A DNA stretch of 64,000 nt, taken from the NCBI RefSeq assembly GCF_009914755.1, contig NC_060941.1. One strand, 5' to 3'. Position numbers and translations under genes: made by a program. Shown here one piece after another: positions 57,882 through 64,000 of the stretch (position 1 is the stretch's first letter; the number at the start of each line of letters is the position of its first letter). The DNA is from the human T2T-CHM13v2.0 reference genome, Homo sapiens. The notes beneath the pieces are model-generated. The model was not told the origin of the DNA. It was given only the letters and a program-made list of their open reading frames with translations, and ran no database searches.

Positions 57882-58214
57882 AATAGGTCCTCCATATCCA
57901 TGAGTTCCACATCCGTGGATTCAGCTAACTGCGGATCAAAAATATTCAGGGGAAAAGAAAAAGGATGGTTTTGTCTGTACTGAACATGTACAGACCTTTT
58001 TTTGTCTATATTCCTTAAAAATATAACAATTATTTACATAGTATTTACATTGCATTAGGTATTATAAATAATCTAGAGATGGTTTAAAGTATACAAGAGA
58101 ATGTGTATAAATGCAAATACTATACCATTTTATGTAAGGCACTTAAGCATCCATGGATTTTGGTATCCACAGGGGCCCAGGAACCAATCTCCCATGGATT
58201 TGGAGACATGACTG
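57882..58214. mobile_element. MER2 (TcMar-Tigger MITE)
   Basis: ttccacatccgtggattca...tgtactgaacatgtacagac...atggattttggtatccacagggg..ggaaccaatc..catggat follows the MER2 consensus. Confidence 0.82.
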
Positions 58215-58242
58215 GGCTGCCATATCTCTAAATAATATTCTT

Positions 58243-64000
<5,758 letters not shown>

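Overview
Human-type (primate, Alu-dense) genomic DNA recognisable as the 17q12 SNORD7-PEX12-AP2B1 locus. Left to right: Alu cluster; box C/D snoRNA SNORD7 (mgU6-47, + strand, ~3590-3691) in an intron of a non-coding host transcript; the complete 3-exon PEX12 gene on the - strand (CDS 7962-7837, 7532-6979, 6120-5721 = 1080 nt, 359 aa) with its CpG-rich promoter; an Alu/L2-rich spacer; then the AP2B1 promoter (two perfect CRE palindromes) and AP2B1 exons 1-9 on the + strand (385 codons in the window; exon 9 ends at a GC donor). AP2B1 introns carry two processed pseudogenes with visible target-site duplications (antisense 5'-truncated TMEM160; sense full-length RPS29), many Alus, old DNA transposons (Charlie1, MER58, MER33, MER20, MER5, MER2, MER96-like) and L1/L2/MIR fragments. 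Almost all ORF-track entries are Alu or low-complexity artefacts. I find no convincing wholly new biological system. The most interesting unexplained signals are extra U4- and U6-complementary elements in the SNORD7 D'-C' spacer, a 69-nt near-perfect non-Alu hairpin in AP2B1 intron 1, a stop-free frame-closed exon 6-9 block flanked by inverted Alus, PEX12 uORFs, and several odd Alu remnants. Repeat boundaries and subfamily names are by eye and approximate; U4/U6 and parent-gene sequences are recalled from memory.
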